Assembly (NCBI RefSeq): GCF_009914755.1 | Contig: NC_060940.1 | Length of the DNA stretch: 64,000 bases | Source: the human T2T-CHM13v2.0 reference genome, Homo sapiens | Direction: 5' to 3' (one strand) | Shown: piece after piece, positions 30,001 through 45,200 of the stretch | How the letters are laid out: each line of letters begins with the position of its first letter | Numbering within the stretch: position 1 is the stretch's first letter | The notes under the pieces: generated by a model | Database searches by the model: none | Told to the model about the DNA's origin: nothing | Seen by the model: only the letters and a program-made list of their open reading frames with translations | Made by a program: the position numbers and the translations under genes

Positions 30001-33000
30001 TTCCATTAGAGTCCATTCGATGATTTTATTCGAGTCCCTTCATTGATTCCATCCGATTTCATTGGATGATGACTCCATTCGAGTCCATTCGATGATTCCA
30101 CTCGATTCCATTAGATGATTCCATTGGAGTCCATTTGATTGTTCCATTCGATTCCATTCGATTCCTTTCGAAGATTATTCCATTTGAGTCCATTCGATGA
30201 TGATTCCATTCCATTCCATTCGATGATTCCGTTTGATTCCATTCGATGATTCCCTTCGATTCCTTTCTTTGATGATTCCATTCCATTCCATTCAATGATT
30301 CCATTCGAATCTATTCCATGATGATTCCTTTCGATTCCATTCGCTGATGTTTCCGTTCAATTCCATTCGATGATGATTCCATTCGATTCCATTCATTGAG
30401 GATTCCATTTCATTCCATTCAATGATGATTCCATTCTATTCCATTCAATGATTGCATTCAATTCCATTCAATGATCATCCCCTTAGAGTAAACTCAACGA
30501 TTCCATTCAATACCATTCGATGATGATTCCTTTTGAGTCCATTCAATGATTTCGTTCAAGTCCATTTGATGATTCCTTTCAATTCCATTCTATGATGATT
30601 CCATTCGAGTCCATTCGATGATTCCATTCGATTACATTCGTCGATTCCATTATATTCCATTCAACGATGATTCCATTCGAGTCCATTCGATGATTCCATT
30701 AGAGTACATTTAATGATTGCTTTGTTTTCAATTCGAAGATGATTACATTGGATTCCATTCTATGATACCATTCGATTCCATTCAATGATGATTCCACTCA
30801 AATCCATTGGATGATTCCATTCGTGTCCATTCGGTGATTTCATTAGATTCCATTCGAGGATGATTCCATTCGATTCCATTCGATGATTCCATTCAATTCC
30901 ATTCGATGATGATTCCATTCGAGTCCATATGATCATTCCATTTGATTTCATTCGATGATGATTCCATTCGATTCCATTCGATGATTCCATTCTATTCCAT
31001 TCGATGATGATTCCATTCGAGTCCATTCGATGATTCCATTCGAGTCCATTTAATGATTCCATTGTGTTCAATTCAATGACGATTACATTGGATTCCGTTC
31101 TATGATTCCATTCAATTCCGTTCATTGACAATTTGATTCCATTCGATGATGATTCCATTTGAGTTCATTCGATGATTCTATTCGATTCTCTTCGATGGTG
31201 ATTCAATTCTATTATATTGGATGATTCCATTCGATTCCATTTGATGTTGATTCAATTCGATTCTATTCGATGATGATTCCATTGGATTTCACTTGATGAT
31301 TCTATTCGATTCCATTCAATGATGATTCACTTCTCGTCCATTGGATGATTCCATTTCATTCCATTCGATGATGATTCCATTCGATTCCATTCGATGATTC
31401 CATTTGATTCCATGCGACGGTGAGCAATTCGATTCAATTCCATGATGATTCTATTTGATTCAATTAGATGATGTTTCCATTCGAATTCGTTCCATGATTA
31501 TTCCATTGGAATCCATTCGGCGATGATTCCATATGAGTCAATTCAATGATGATTCCATATGGGTCCGTTCGATGATAATTCCATTTGATTTCATTCGATG
31601 CTTCTATTGTATTCCAGTCGATGATGATTCCGTTGGAGTCCATACGATGATTCCATTTGATTTCATTTGATGATGATTCCATTCGATGATGATTACATTG
31701 GATTCCATTCTATGATTCCATTCAATTCCATTCGTTGATGATTCGATTCCATTCAATGATGATTCCATTTGAGTTCATTCGATGATTCCATTCGATTCCA
31801 TTCGATGATGATTGGATTCGATTCCATTTGATTATTTCATTTCATTCCATTCGTTAATGATTTCGATCAATTCCATTCAATGATTCCATTCGATTCCATT
31901 CGATAATGATTACATCCGAGTCCATTCGATGATTCCATTTGAGCCTGTTCGATAATTCCATTTGAGTCCAACCAATGATTCCATTCATTTCCATTCAATG
32001 ATTCCATTCGAGTCCATTTGATCATTCCGGTAGGGTCCATTCGATGTTGATTCCATTGGAGTGCATTAGATGATTCCATTCGAGTCCATTCGATGATTCC
32101 ATTCGATTCCATTCGATGTTGATTCTGTTCAAATCCATTCGATGATTCCACTCGATTCCATTCGATGACTCCATTTGATCCCATTCGATGATTTCCTTTG
32201 ATTCCCTTTGATGATCATTCCATTTGATTCAATTCGGTGATTTCATTTGATTCCATTCAGTGATGTTTCCATTCGACTCCATTCGATGATGATTCCATTC
32301 GACTCCATTCGATTATGATTTCATTCAATTCCATTCGATAATGATTCCCTTCGAGTCCATTCGATGATTCCATTCGATTCCATTCAACGATGATTTGATT
32401 CGTGTCCATTCGATGATTCCATTTGATTCCACTTGATGATGATTCCATTCGAGTCCATTTGATGATTCCATTCAATTCCATTCTCCGATGATTTCTTTTG
32501 AGCCCACTCAATGCTTCCACTCGATTCCATATGATGATGACTCCATTCGATGAAATTCGATGATGATTCCATTCGCTTGCTTTCGATGATGATTCCACTT
32601 GAGTCCGTTAGAAGATTCTATTCAATTACATTCCATGACGATTCCGTTCGAGTCCATTTGATGATTCCATTAGACTCCATTCGACGATGATTCCATTCGA
32701 TGTTATTCGATGATTCCATTCGATCTCATTCGTTGATGATTCCATTCAACTCCATTCGATGTTTCCATTCGAGTTCATTCTATTATTCCATTAGATTCCA
32801 TTCGATGATGATTCCATTCGATTCCATTTGATGATTGCATTCTATTTCATTTGATGATGATTCCATTCGAGTCCACTCGATGATTCCATTCGAGTCCATT
32901 TAATGAATCCATTGGTTTCAATTCTATGATGATTACATTGGATTCCATTCGTTGATGATTTCATTCGGTTCCATTCAATGATGATTCCATTCAATTCCTT

Positions 33001-36000
33001 TCAATGTTTCCATTCAATTCCATACGATGATGATTCCATTTGATTTGATTCGACAGTGAGCCATTCGATTCAATTCCATGATGATTCTATTTGATTCAAT
33101 TGGTTGACATTTCCATTCGATTCCATTCGATGATGATTCCCTTTGATTCCATTCAAAGATGATTCCATTCTAGCCCATTCAATCATTCCATTCGATTCTA
33201 TTCAATGATGATTCCATTCATGTCGATTTGGTGATTCCATTTGACTTCATTTGATGATGATTCCTTTCAAGTTCATTAGATGATTCCATTCGATTCCATT
33301 TGATGATGATCCCATTCGAGTCCATTCAGTGATTCCATTCGTTTCCATTCCATGATGATTCCATTCCATTCCATGCAATGATTCCATTCGATTCCGTTTG
33401 ATGATGATTTCATTCGAGTCCATTTGATGATTCCATTTGATTCCATTCGATGATGATTCCATTCGAGTCCATTCGATGATTCTATTCGAATCCATTTGAT
33501 GATTTCTTTTGATTATAGTTGGTGATGATTCCATTGGAGTCCATTCAATGATTCCATTCGATTCCAATCGATGGTGATTCCATTAGAGTCCATTTAATGA
33601 TTCCATTTGATTCCAGTCTCTGATGATTACATTCGAGTCCATACGATGATTCCACTCAATTCCATATGATGATGATTCCATTCGATTCCATTCGATGATT
33701 CCATTCTATTCTATTCAATGGTGATTCCATTCGAGTACATTAGATGATTCCATTCGATTCCATTCAATGATGATTCTATTTGTGTCCCTTAGATGATTCC
33801 ACATGATTCCATTAGATGATGATACTATTTGAGCCCATCCAATGATTCCCTTCGATTCCATTCGATGAGGATTCCATTCGATTCAATTCATTGGTGATTC
33901 TATTCAATTCAATTCTTTGATTCCATTGCATTCCATTCGACAATGATTCCATTCGATTTCTTTCGATGATTCCACTCGATTCCACTTGACATTGATTCCA
34001 TTCGATTCCATTCAATGATTCCATTTGATTCCAGTGGATGATGATTGCCATCGATTCCATTCGATCACTCCATTCTATTCCATTTGATGATGATTACATT
34101 CGATTCCATTTGATGATTCCATCTGATTCTATTCGAGGATTCCATTTGATTCCATTCGATGATGATTCCATTCGAGTCCATTCGATGATTTCATTCGAGT
34201 ACATCCAATGATTCCATTCGAGTCCATTTGATGATTCCATTTGATTCCATTTGATTATGATTCTACTAGAGTCCATTCAATGACTCCATTCGAGTCCATT
34301 CAACAATTCCATTCGACTCCATTCGATGATTCCATTGGATTCCATTTGATGATTCCTTTCGAGTCCATTTAATCATTACAGTCGAGTCCATTTGGTGATT
34401 CCGCTGGATTTCCTTTGATAATGATACCATTCAATTTCATTTGATGATGATTCCATTAGAGTCCATTCGATGATTTTATTCGAGTCCCTTCATTGATTCC
34501 ATCCGATTTCATTGGATGATGACTCCATTCGAGTCCATTCGATGATTCCACTCGATTCCATTAGATGATTCCATTGGAGTCCATTTGATTGTTCCATTCG
34601 ATTCCATTCGATTCCTTTCGAAGATTATTCCATTTGAGTCCATTCGATGATGATTCCATTCCATTCCATTCGATGATTCCGTTTGATTACATTTGATGAT
34701 TCCCTTCGATTCCTTTCTTTGATGATTCCATTCCATTCCATTCAATGATTCCATTCGAATCTATTCCATGATGATTCCTTTCGATTCCATTCGCTGATGT
34801 TTCCGTTCAATTCCATTCGATGATGATTCCATTCGATTCCATTCATTGAGGATTCCATTTCATTCCATTCAATGATGATTCCATTCTATTCCATTCAATG
34901 ATTGCATTCAATTCCATTCAATGATCATCCCCTTAGAGTAAACTCAACGATTCCATTCAATACCATTCGATGATGATTCCTTTTGAGTCCATTCAATGAT
35001 TTCGTTCAAGTCCATTTGATGATTCCTTTCAATTCCATTCTATGATGATTCCATTCGAGTCCATTCGATGATTCCATTCGATTACATTCGTCGATTCCAT
35101 TATATTCCATTCAACGATGATTCCATTCGAGTCCATTCGATGATTCCATTAGAGTACATTTAATGATTGCTTTGTTTTCAATTCGAAGATGATTACATTG
35201 GATTCCATTCTATGATACCATTCGATTCCATTCAATGATGATTCCACTCAAATCCATTGGATGATTCCATTCGTGTCCATTCGGTGATTTCATTAGATTC
35301 CATTCGAGGATGATTCCATTCGATTCCATTCGATGATTCCATTCAATTCCATTCGATGATGATTCCATTCGAGTCCATATGATCATTCCATTTGATTTCA
35401 TTCGATGATGATTCCATTCGATTCCATTCGATGATTCCATTCTATTCCATTCGATGATGATTCCATTCGAGTCCATTCGATGATTCCATTCGAGTCCATT
35501 TAATGATTCCATTGTGTTCACTTCAATGACGATTACATTGGATTCCGTTCTATGATTCCATTCAATTCCGTTCATTGACAATTTGATTCCATTCGATGAT
35601 GATTCCATTTGAGTTCATTCGATGATTCTATTCGATTCTCTTCGATGGTGATTCAATTCTATTATATTGGATGAATCCATTCGATTCCATTTGATGTTGA
35701 TTCAATTCGATTCTATTCGATGATGATTCCATTGGATTTCACTTGATGATTCTATTCGATTCCATTCAATGATGATTCACTTCTCGTCCATTGGATGATT
35801 CCATTTCATTCCATTCGATGATGATTCCATTCGATTCCATTCGATGATTCCATTTGATTCCATGCGACGGTGAGCAATTCGATTCAATTCCATGATGATT
35901 CTATTTGATTCAATTAGATGATGTTTCCATTCGAATTCGTTCCATGATTATTCCATTGGAATCCATTCGGCGATGATTCCATATGAGTCAATTCAATGAT

Positions 36001-39000
36001 GATTCCATATGGGTCCGTTCGATGATAATTCCATTTGATTTCATTCGATGCTTCTATTCTATTCCAGTCGATGATGATTCCGTTGGAGTCCATACGATGA
36101 TTCCATTTGATTTCATTTGATGATGATTCCATTCGATGATGATTACATTGGATTCCATTCTATGATTCCATTCAATTCCATTCGTTGATGATTCGATTCC
36201 ATTCAATGATGATTCCATTTGAGTTCATTCGATGATTCCATTCGATTCCATTCGATGCTGATTGGATTCGATTCCATTTGATTATTTCATTTCATTCCAT
36301 TCGTTAATGATTTCGATCAATTCCATTCAATGATTCCATTCGATTCCATTCGATAATGATTACATCCGAGTCCATTCGATGATTCCATTTGAGCCTGTTC
36401 GATAATTCCATTTGAGTCCAACCAATGATTCCATTCATTTCCATTCAATGATTCCATTCGAGTCCATTTGATCATTCCGGTAGGGTCCATTCGATGTTGA
36501 TTCCATTGGAGTGCATTAGATGATTCCATTCGAGTCCATTCGATGATTCCATTCGATTCCATTCGATGTTGATTCTGTTCAAGTCCATTCGATGATTCCA
36601 ATGGATTCCATTCGAGGACTCCTATTGATCCCATTCGATGATTTCCTTTGATTCCCTTTGATGATCATTCCATTTGATACAATTCGGTGATTTCATTTGA
36701 TTCCATTCAGTGATGTTTCCATTCGACTCCATTCGATGATGATTCCATTCGACTCCATTCGATTATGATTTCATTCAATTCCATTCGATAATGATTCCCT
36801 TCGAGTCCATTCGATGATTCCATTCGATTCCATTCAACGATGATTTGATTCGTGTCCGTTCGATGATTCCATTTGATTCCACTTGATGATGATTCCATTC
36901 GAGTCCATTTGATGATTCCATTCAATACCATTCTCCGATGATTTCTTTTGAGCCCACTCAATGCTTCCACTCGATTCCATATGATGATGACTCCATTCGA
37001 TGAAATTCGATGATGATTCCATTCGCTTGCTTTCGATGATGATTCCACTTGAGTCCGTTAGAAGATTCTATTCAATTACATTCCATGACGATTCCGTTCG
37101 AGTCCATTTGATGATTCCATTAGACTCCATTCGACGATGATTCCATTCGATGTTATTCGATGATTCCATTGGATCTCATTCGATGATGATTCCATTCAAC
37201 TCCATTCGATGTTTCCATTCGAGTTCATTCTATTATTCCATTAGATTCCATTCGATGATGATTCCATTCGATTCCGTTTGATGATTGCATTCTATTTCAT
37301 TTGATGATGATTCCATTCGAGTCCACTCAATGATTCCATTCGAGTCCATTTAATGAATCCATTGGTTTCAATTCCATGATGATTACATTGGATTCCATTC
37401 GTTGATGATTTCATTCGGTTCCATTCAATGATGATTCCATTCAATTCCTTTCAATGTTTCCATTCAATTCCATACGATGATGATTCCATTTGATTTGATT
37501 CGACAGTGAGCCATTCGATTCAATTCCATGATGATTCTATTTGATTCAATTGGTTGACATTTACATTCGATTCCATTCGATGATGATTCCCTTTGATTCC
37601 ATTCAAAGATGATTCCATTCTAGCCCATTCAATCATTCCATTCGATTCTATTCAATGATGATTCCATTCATGTCGATTTGGTGATTCCATTTGACTTCAT
37701 TTGATGATGATTCCTTTCAAGTTCATTAGATGATTCCATTCGATTCCATTTGATGATGATTCCATTCCATTCCATTCAATGATTCCATTCGATTCCGTTT
37801 GATGATGATTTCATTCGAGTCCATTTGATGATTCCATTTGATTCCATTCGATGATGATTCCATTCGAGTCCGTTCGATGATTCTATTCGAATCCATTTGA
37901 TGATTACTTTTGATTATATTTGGTGATGATTCCATTGGAGTCCATTCAATGATTCCATTCGATTCCAATCGATGGTGATTCCATTAGAGTCCATTTAATG
38001 ATTCCATTTGATTCCAGTCTCTGATGATTACATTCGAGTCCATACGATGATTCCACTCAATTCCATATGATGATGATTCCATTCGATTCCATTCGATGAT
38101 TCCATTCTATTCTATTCAATGGTGATTCCATTCGAGTACATTAGATGATTCCATTCGATTCCATTCAATGATGATTCTATTTGTGTCCCTTACATGGTTC
38201 CACATGATTCCATTAGATGATGATACTATTTGAGCCCATCCAATGATTCCCTTCGATTCCATTCGATGAGGATTCCATTCGATTCAATTCATTGGTGATT
38301 CTATTCAATTCAATTCTTTGATTCCATTCCATTCCATTCGACAATGATTCCATTCGATTTCTTTCGATGATTCCACTCGATTCCACTTGACATTGATTCC
38401 ATTCGATTCCATTCAATGATTCCGTTTGATTCCAGTGGATGATGATTGCCATCGATTCCATTCGTTCACTCCATTCTATTCCATTTGATGATGATTACAT
38501 TCGATTCCATTTGATGATTCCATCTGATTCTATTCGAGGATTCCATTTGATTCCATTCGATGATGATTCCATTCGAGTCCATTCGATGATTTCATTCGAG
38601 TACATCCAATGATTCCATTCGAGTCCATTTGATGATTCCATTTGATGCCATTTGATTATGATTCTACTAGAGTCCATTCAATGACTCCATTCGAATCCAT
38701 TCAACAATTCCATTCGACTCCATTCGATGATTCCATTCGATTCCATTTGATGGTACCATTCGAGTCCATTTAATCATTACAGTCGAGTCCATTTGGTGAT
38801 TCCACTGGATTTCTTTTGATAATGATACCATTCAATTACATTTGATGATGATCCAATTCAATTTCATTTGATGATGATTCCATTAGAGTCCATTCGATGA
38901 TTTCATTCGAGTCCCTTCATTGATTCCATCCGATTTCATTTGATGATGACTCCATTCGAGTCCATTCGATGATTCCACTCGATTCCATTAGATGATTCCA

Positions 39001-39220
39001 TTGGAGTCCATTTCATTGTTCCATTCGATTCCATTCGATTCCTTTCGAAGATTATTCCATTTGAGTCCATTCGATGATGATTCCATTCCATTCCATTCGA
39101 TGATTCCGTTTGATTCCATTCGATGATTCCCTTTGATTCCTTTCTAGGATGATTCCATTCCATTCCATTCAATGATTCCATTCGAATCTATTCCATGATG
39201 ATTCCTTGCGATTCCATTCG
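21031..39220 (+). repeat. Four tandem copies of a 4450-bp deletion-variant unit (4450, 4863, 4450, 4427 bp)
   Basis: The CGCTGATGTTTCC landmark falls at 21030, 25480, 30343, 34793 and 39220. ORF-track offsets 21447/25897, 27807/32257/36707 and 30760/35210 equal 4450. The unit equals 6109 minus 478, 1155 and 26 bp. Copy 2 carries a 413-bp duplication, and copy 4 switches lineage near 36590. Confidence 0.93.
26129..26954 (+). repeat. 413-bp head-to-tail duplication inside one 4450-bp unit
   Basis: The block with TGTGTTCAATTCAATGACG, TTGACAATTTG and CACTTCTCGTCC occurs twice at +413 (ORF-track coordinates 26295/26708). This accounts for the 4863-bp spacing (4450+413). Confidence 0.93.
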
Positions 39221-42200
39221 CTGATGTTTCCGTTCAATTCCATTCGGTGATCATTCCATTCGATTCCATTCATTGAGGATTCCATTTGATTCCATTCAAT
39301 GATGATTCCGTTCTATTCCATTCAATGATTGTATTCAATTCCATTCAATGATTATCCCCTTAGAGTAAACTCAACGATTCCATTCAATACCATTCGATGA
39401 TGATTCCTTTTGAGTCCATTCAATGATTTCATTCAAGTCCATTTGATGATTCCTTTCAATTCCATTCTATGATGATTCCATTCGAGTCCATTCGATGATT
39501 CCATTCAATTGCATTCGATGATTCCATTATATTCCAGTCAACGATGATTCCATTCAAGTCCATTCGATGATTCCATTAGAGTACATTTAATGATTGCTTT
39601 GTTTTCAATTCGAAGATGATTACATTGGATTCCATTCTATGATACCATTCGATTCCATTCAATGATGATTCCACTCAAATCCATTGGATGATTCCATTCG
39701 TGTCCGTTCGGTGATTTCATTAGATTCCATTCGAGGATGATTCCATTCGATTCCATTCGATGATTCCATTCAATTCCATTCGATGATGATTCCATTCCAG
39801 TCCATATGATCATTCCATTTGATTTCATTCGATGATGATTCCATTCGATTCCATTCGATGATTCCATTCTATTCCATTCGATGATGATTCCATTCGAGTC
39901 CATTCGATGATTCCATTCGAGTCCATTTAATGATTCCATTGGGTTCAATTCAATGATGATTACATTGGATTCCGTTCAATGATTCCATTCAATTCCGTTC
40001 ATTGACAATTTGATTCCATTCGATGATGATTCCATTTGAGTTCATTCGATGATTCTATTCGATTCTCTTCGATGGTGATTCAATTCTATTATATTGGATG
40101 ATTCCATTCGATTCCATTTGATGTTGATTCAATTCGATTCTATTCGATGATGATTCCATTGGATTTCACTTGATGATTCTATTCGATTCCATTCAATGAT
40201 GATTGACTTCTCGTCCATTGGATGATTCCATTTCATTCCATTCGATGATGATTCCATTCGATTCCATTCGATGATTCCATTCGATTCCATGCGACGGTGA
40301 GCAATTCGATTCAATTCCATGATGATTCTATTTGATTCAATTAGATGATGTTTCCATTCGAATCCATTCCATGATTATTCCATTGGAATCCATTCGGCGA
40401 TGATTCCATATGAGTCAATTCAATGATGATTCCATATGGGTCCGTTCGATGATAATTCCATTTGATTTCATTCGATGCTTCTATTCTATTCCAGTCGATG
40501 ATGATTCCGTTGGAGTCCATACGATGATTCCATTTGATTTCATTTGATGATGATTCCATTCGATGATGATTACATTAGATTCCATTCTATGATTCCATTC
40601 AATTCCATTCGTTGATGATTCGATTCCATTCAATGATGATTCCATTTGAGTTCATTCGATGATTCTATTCGATTCCGTTCGATGGTGATTCAATTCTACT
40701 ATATTGGATGATTCCACTCGATTCCATTTGATGATTATTCCATTGGAGTCCACTTAGTGAATCCTTTAGATTCTACTCGAAGATGATTCCATTCGAGTCC
40801 ATTCGATGATACCATTCAATTCCATTCGTTGATGCTTCCATTCAAGTGCATTCGATGATATCATTCGATTCCATTTGATGATAATTCCATTTGATTCCAT
40901 GCGATGATTCTATTCGATTCCATTCAATGATAATTCCATTCAATTCAGTGATTCCTCTGGACTCCATTTGATGATGATTCCATTCAATGATTCCATTCGA
41001 TTCTATTCCAAAATGATTCCATTTGAATCCATTTGATGATGATTCCATTAGATTCCATTTGATGATTCCATTCGATTCCATTCGACGATGATTCCATTCG
41101 ATTCCGTTTGATGATTCCATTCTATTCTATTCGATGATGATTCCATTCGATTCCATTCGATGATGATTGGATTCGATTCCATTGGATGATTTCATTTGAT
41201 TCCATTCGTTAATGATTTCGATCAATTCCATTCGATGATTCCATTCGATTCCATTCGATAATGATTACATCCGAGTCCATCGATGATTCCATTTGAGCCT
41301 GTTCGATAATTCCATTTGAGTCCAACCAATGATTCCATTCATTTCCATTCAATGATTCCATTCGAGTCCATTTGATCATTCCGGTAGGGTCCATTCGATG
41401 TTGATTCCATTGGAGTGCATTGGATGATTCCATTCGAGTCCATTTTATGATTTGTTTCGGGTCCTTTCAATGATTCCATTCGATTCCACTCGATGATGAT
41501 TTCATTCGAGTCCATTCGACACTTCCAATCGATTCCATTTGATGTTTCCATTCGAGTCCAATTGATGATTCCATTCAATTCCATTCGATGATGATTCCGT
41601 ACGATTCCATTCTGTGATGATTCCATGTGATTGCATTCAATGATGATTCCTTTCGATTGCATTCGATTATGATTCATTTCGTGTTCATTCTATGGTTCCA
41701 CAGGTTTCCATTCGTGTCCATTCCATTATTCCATTCTATTCCATTTGATGATGATTCCATTCGATTCCATTCATTGGTGATTCCACTCAATTCCATTCAA
41801 TGATTCCATTCCATTTCTTTCAACAATGATTCCATTAGTTTCTAATCGATGATCCACTTGATTCCATTTGACGATGATTCCATTCTTGTGCATTCGATGA
41901 TTCCATTTGATTCCATATGATGATGATTCCATTCGATTCCATACCATGATGATTCCATTCGAGTCCATTCAATGGTGATTCCATTCAATTCCATTCGATG
42001 ATTCCTTTCGATTCCATTCGATTATGATGGCATTTGGTTCCTTTCGATCATTCCCTTTGATTCCATTCAAAGGTGATTTCATTCAAGTCCATTCGATAAT
42101 TGCATTCGATTCCATTCTATGATGATTCCATTCGAGTTCATTTGATGATTCCATTCAATTCAAGTCAATGATGATTCCATTCGATTCCATTCGATGATTC

Positions 42201-45200
42201 CATTGGATTCCATTCGATGATGATTCCATTCAAATCCATTCGATAATTCAATTCAAGTCCATTCGATGATGATTCCAATCGAATCCATTCAAAGATTCCA
42301 TTCAGTTCCATTCGATGATTCCCTTAGATTCCATTCGATGATTCCACTTGATTCCATTTACGATGATTCCATTCGATTCCATGTGATGATTCCATTCAAT
42401 TCATTTCAATGATGTTTCCATTTGATTCCATTGGACCATGATTGCCTTTGACTCCATTCAATGATTCCATTCGGTTCCTTTTGATGATGATTCCGTTCGA
42501 TTCCATTTGATGATTCCATTTGATTCCATTGGATGAGTCCATTCGATTACATTCGATGATTATTCCATTCGAGTGCATTAGATGATTCCATTCGAGTCCA
42601 TTCGATGATTCCATTCGATTCCATTCGATGTTGATTCTGTTCAAATCCATTCAATGATTCCACTCGATTCCATTTAATGACTCCATTTGATCCCATTCGA
42701 TGATTTCCTGTGATTCCCTTTGATGATCATTCCATTTGATTCAATTCGGTGATTTCATTTGATTCCATTCAGTGATGTTTCCATTCGACGCCATTCGATG
42801 ATGATTCCATTCGACTCCATTCAATTATGATTTCATTCAATTCCATTCGATAATGATTCCCTTCGAATCCATTCGATGATTCCATTCGATTCCATTCAAC
42901 GATGATTTGATTCGTGTCCATTCGATGATTCCATTTGAATCCACTTGATGATGATTCCAATCGAGTCCATTTGATGATTCCATTCAATTCCATTCTCCGA
43001 TGATTTCTTTTGAGCCCACTCAATGCTTCCACTCGATTCCATATGATGATGACTCCATTCGATGAAATTCGATGATGATTCCATTCGCTTGCTTTCGATG
43101 TTGATTCCACTTGAGTCCGGTAGAAGGTTCTATTCAATTACATTCCATGACGATTCCGTTCGAGTCCATTTGATGATTCCATTAGACTCCATTCGACGAT
43201 GATTCCATTCGATGTTATTCGATGATTCCATTCGATCTCATTCGATGATGATTCCCTTCAACTCCATTCGATGTTTCCATTCGAGTTCATTCTATTATTC
43301 CATTAGATTCCATTCGATGATGATTCCATTCGATTCCATTTGATGATTGCATTCTATTTCATTTGATGGTGATTCCTTTCGAGTCCACTCGATGATTCCA
43401 TTCGAGTCCATTTAATGAATCCATTGGTTTCAATTCTATGATGATTACATTGGATTCCATTCGTTGATGATTTCATTCGGTTCCATTCAATGATGATTCT
43501 ATTCAATTCCTTTCAATGTTTTCATTCAATTCCATACGATGATGATTCCATTTGATTTGATTCGACAGTGAGCCATTCGATTCAATTCCATGATGATTCT
43601 ATTTGATTCAATTGGTTGACATTTCCATTCGATTCCATTCGATGATGATTCCCTTTGATTCCATTCAAAGATGATTCCATTCTAGCCCATTCAATCATTC
43701 CATTCGATTCTATTCAATGATGATTCCATTCATGTCGATTTGATGATTCCATTTGACTTCATTTGATGATGATTCCTTTCAAGTTCATTAGATGATTCCA
43801 TTCGATTCCATTGGATGATGATCCCATTCGAGTCCATTCAGTGATTCCATTCGTTTCCATTCCATGATGATTCCATTCCTTTCCATTCAATGATTCCATT
43901 CGATTCCGTTTGATGATGATTTCATTCGAGTCCATTTGATGATTCCATTTGATTCCATTCGATGATGACTCCATTCGAGTCCATTCGATGATTCTATTCG
44001 AATCCATTTGATGATTTCTTTTGATTATATTTGGTGATGATTCCATTGGAGTCCATTCAATGATTCCATTCTATTCCAATCGATGATGATTCCATTAGAG
44101 TCCATTTAATGATTCCATTTGATTCCAGTCTCTGATGATTACATTCGAGTCCATACGATGATTCCACTCAATTCCATATGATGATGATTCCATTTGATTC
44201 CATTCGGTGATTCCATTCTATTCCATTCAATGGTGATTCCATGCGAGTACATTAGATGATTCCATTCGATTCCATTCAATGATGATTCTATTTGTGTCCC
44301 TTAGATGATTCCACATGATTCCATTAGATGATGATACTATTTGAGCCCATCCAATGATTCCCTTCGATTCCATTCGATGAGGATTCCATTCGATTCAATT
44401 CATTGGTGATTCTATTCAATTCAATTCTTTGATTCCATTCCATTCCACTCGACAATGATTCCATTCGATTTCTTTCGATGATTCCACTCGATTCCACTTG
44501 ACATTGATTCCATTCGATTCCATTCAATGATTCCATTTGATTCCAGTGGATGATGATTGCCATCGATTCCATTCGATCACTCCATTCTATTCCATTTGAT
44601 GATGATTACATTCGATTCCATTTGATGATTCCATCTGATTCTATTCGAGGATTCCATTTGATTCCATTCGATGATGATTCCATTCGAGTCCATTCGATGA
44701 TTTCATTCGAGTACATCCAATGATTCCATTCGAGTCCATTAGATGATTCCATTTGATTCCATTTGAAAATGATTCTACTAGAGTCCATTCAATGACTCCA
44801 TTCGAGTCCATTCAACAATTCCATTCGACTCCATTCGATGATTCCATTCGATTCCATTTGATGGTGCCATTCGAGTCCATTTAATCATTACAGTCGAGTC
44901 CATTTGGTGATTCCACTGGATTTCTTTTGACAATGATACCATTCAATTACATTTGATGATGATCCCATTCAATTTCATTTGATGATGATTCCCTTAGAGT
45001 CCATTCGATGATTTCATTCGAGTCCTTTCATTGATTCCATCCGATTTCATTTGATGATGACTCCATTCGAGTCCATTCGATGATTCCACTCGATTCCATT
45101 AGATGATTCCATTGGAGTCCATTTGATTGTTCCATTCGATTCCATTCGATTCCTTTCGAAGATTATTCCATTTGAGTCCATTCGATGATGATTCCATTCC

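Noticed and set aside
41275-41475. A 1-bp deletion at ~41280 and four substitutions within ~50 bp at 41421-41470
   Set aside because: It is a single occurrence that cannot be told apart from consensus error or ordinary divergence without reads.
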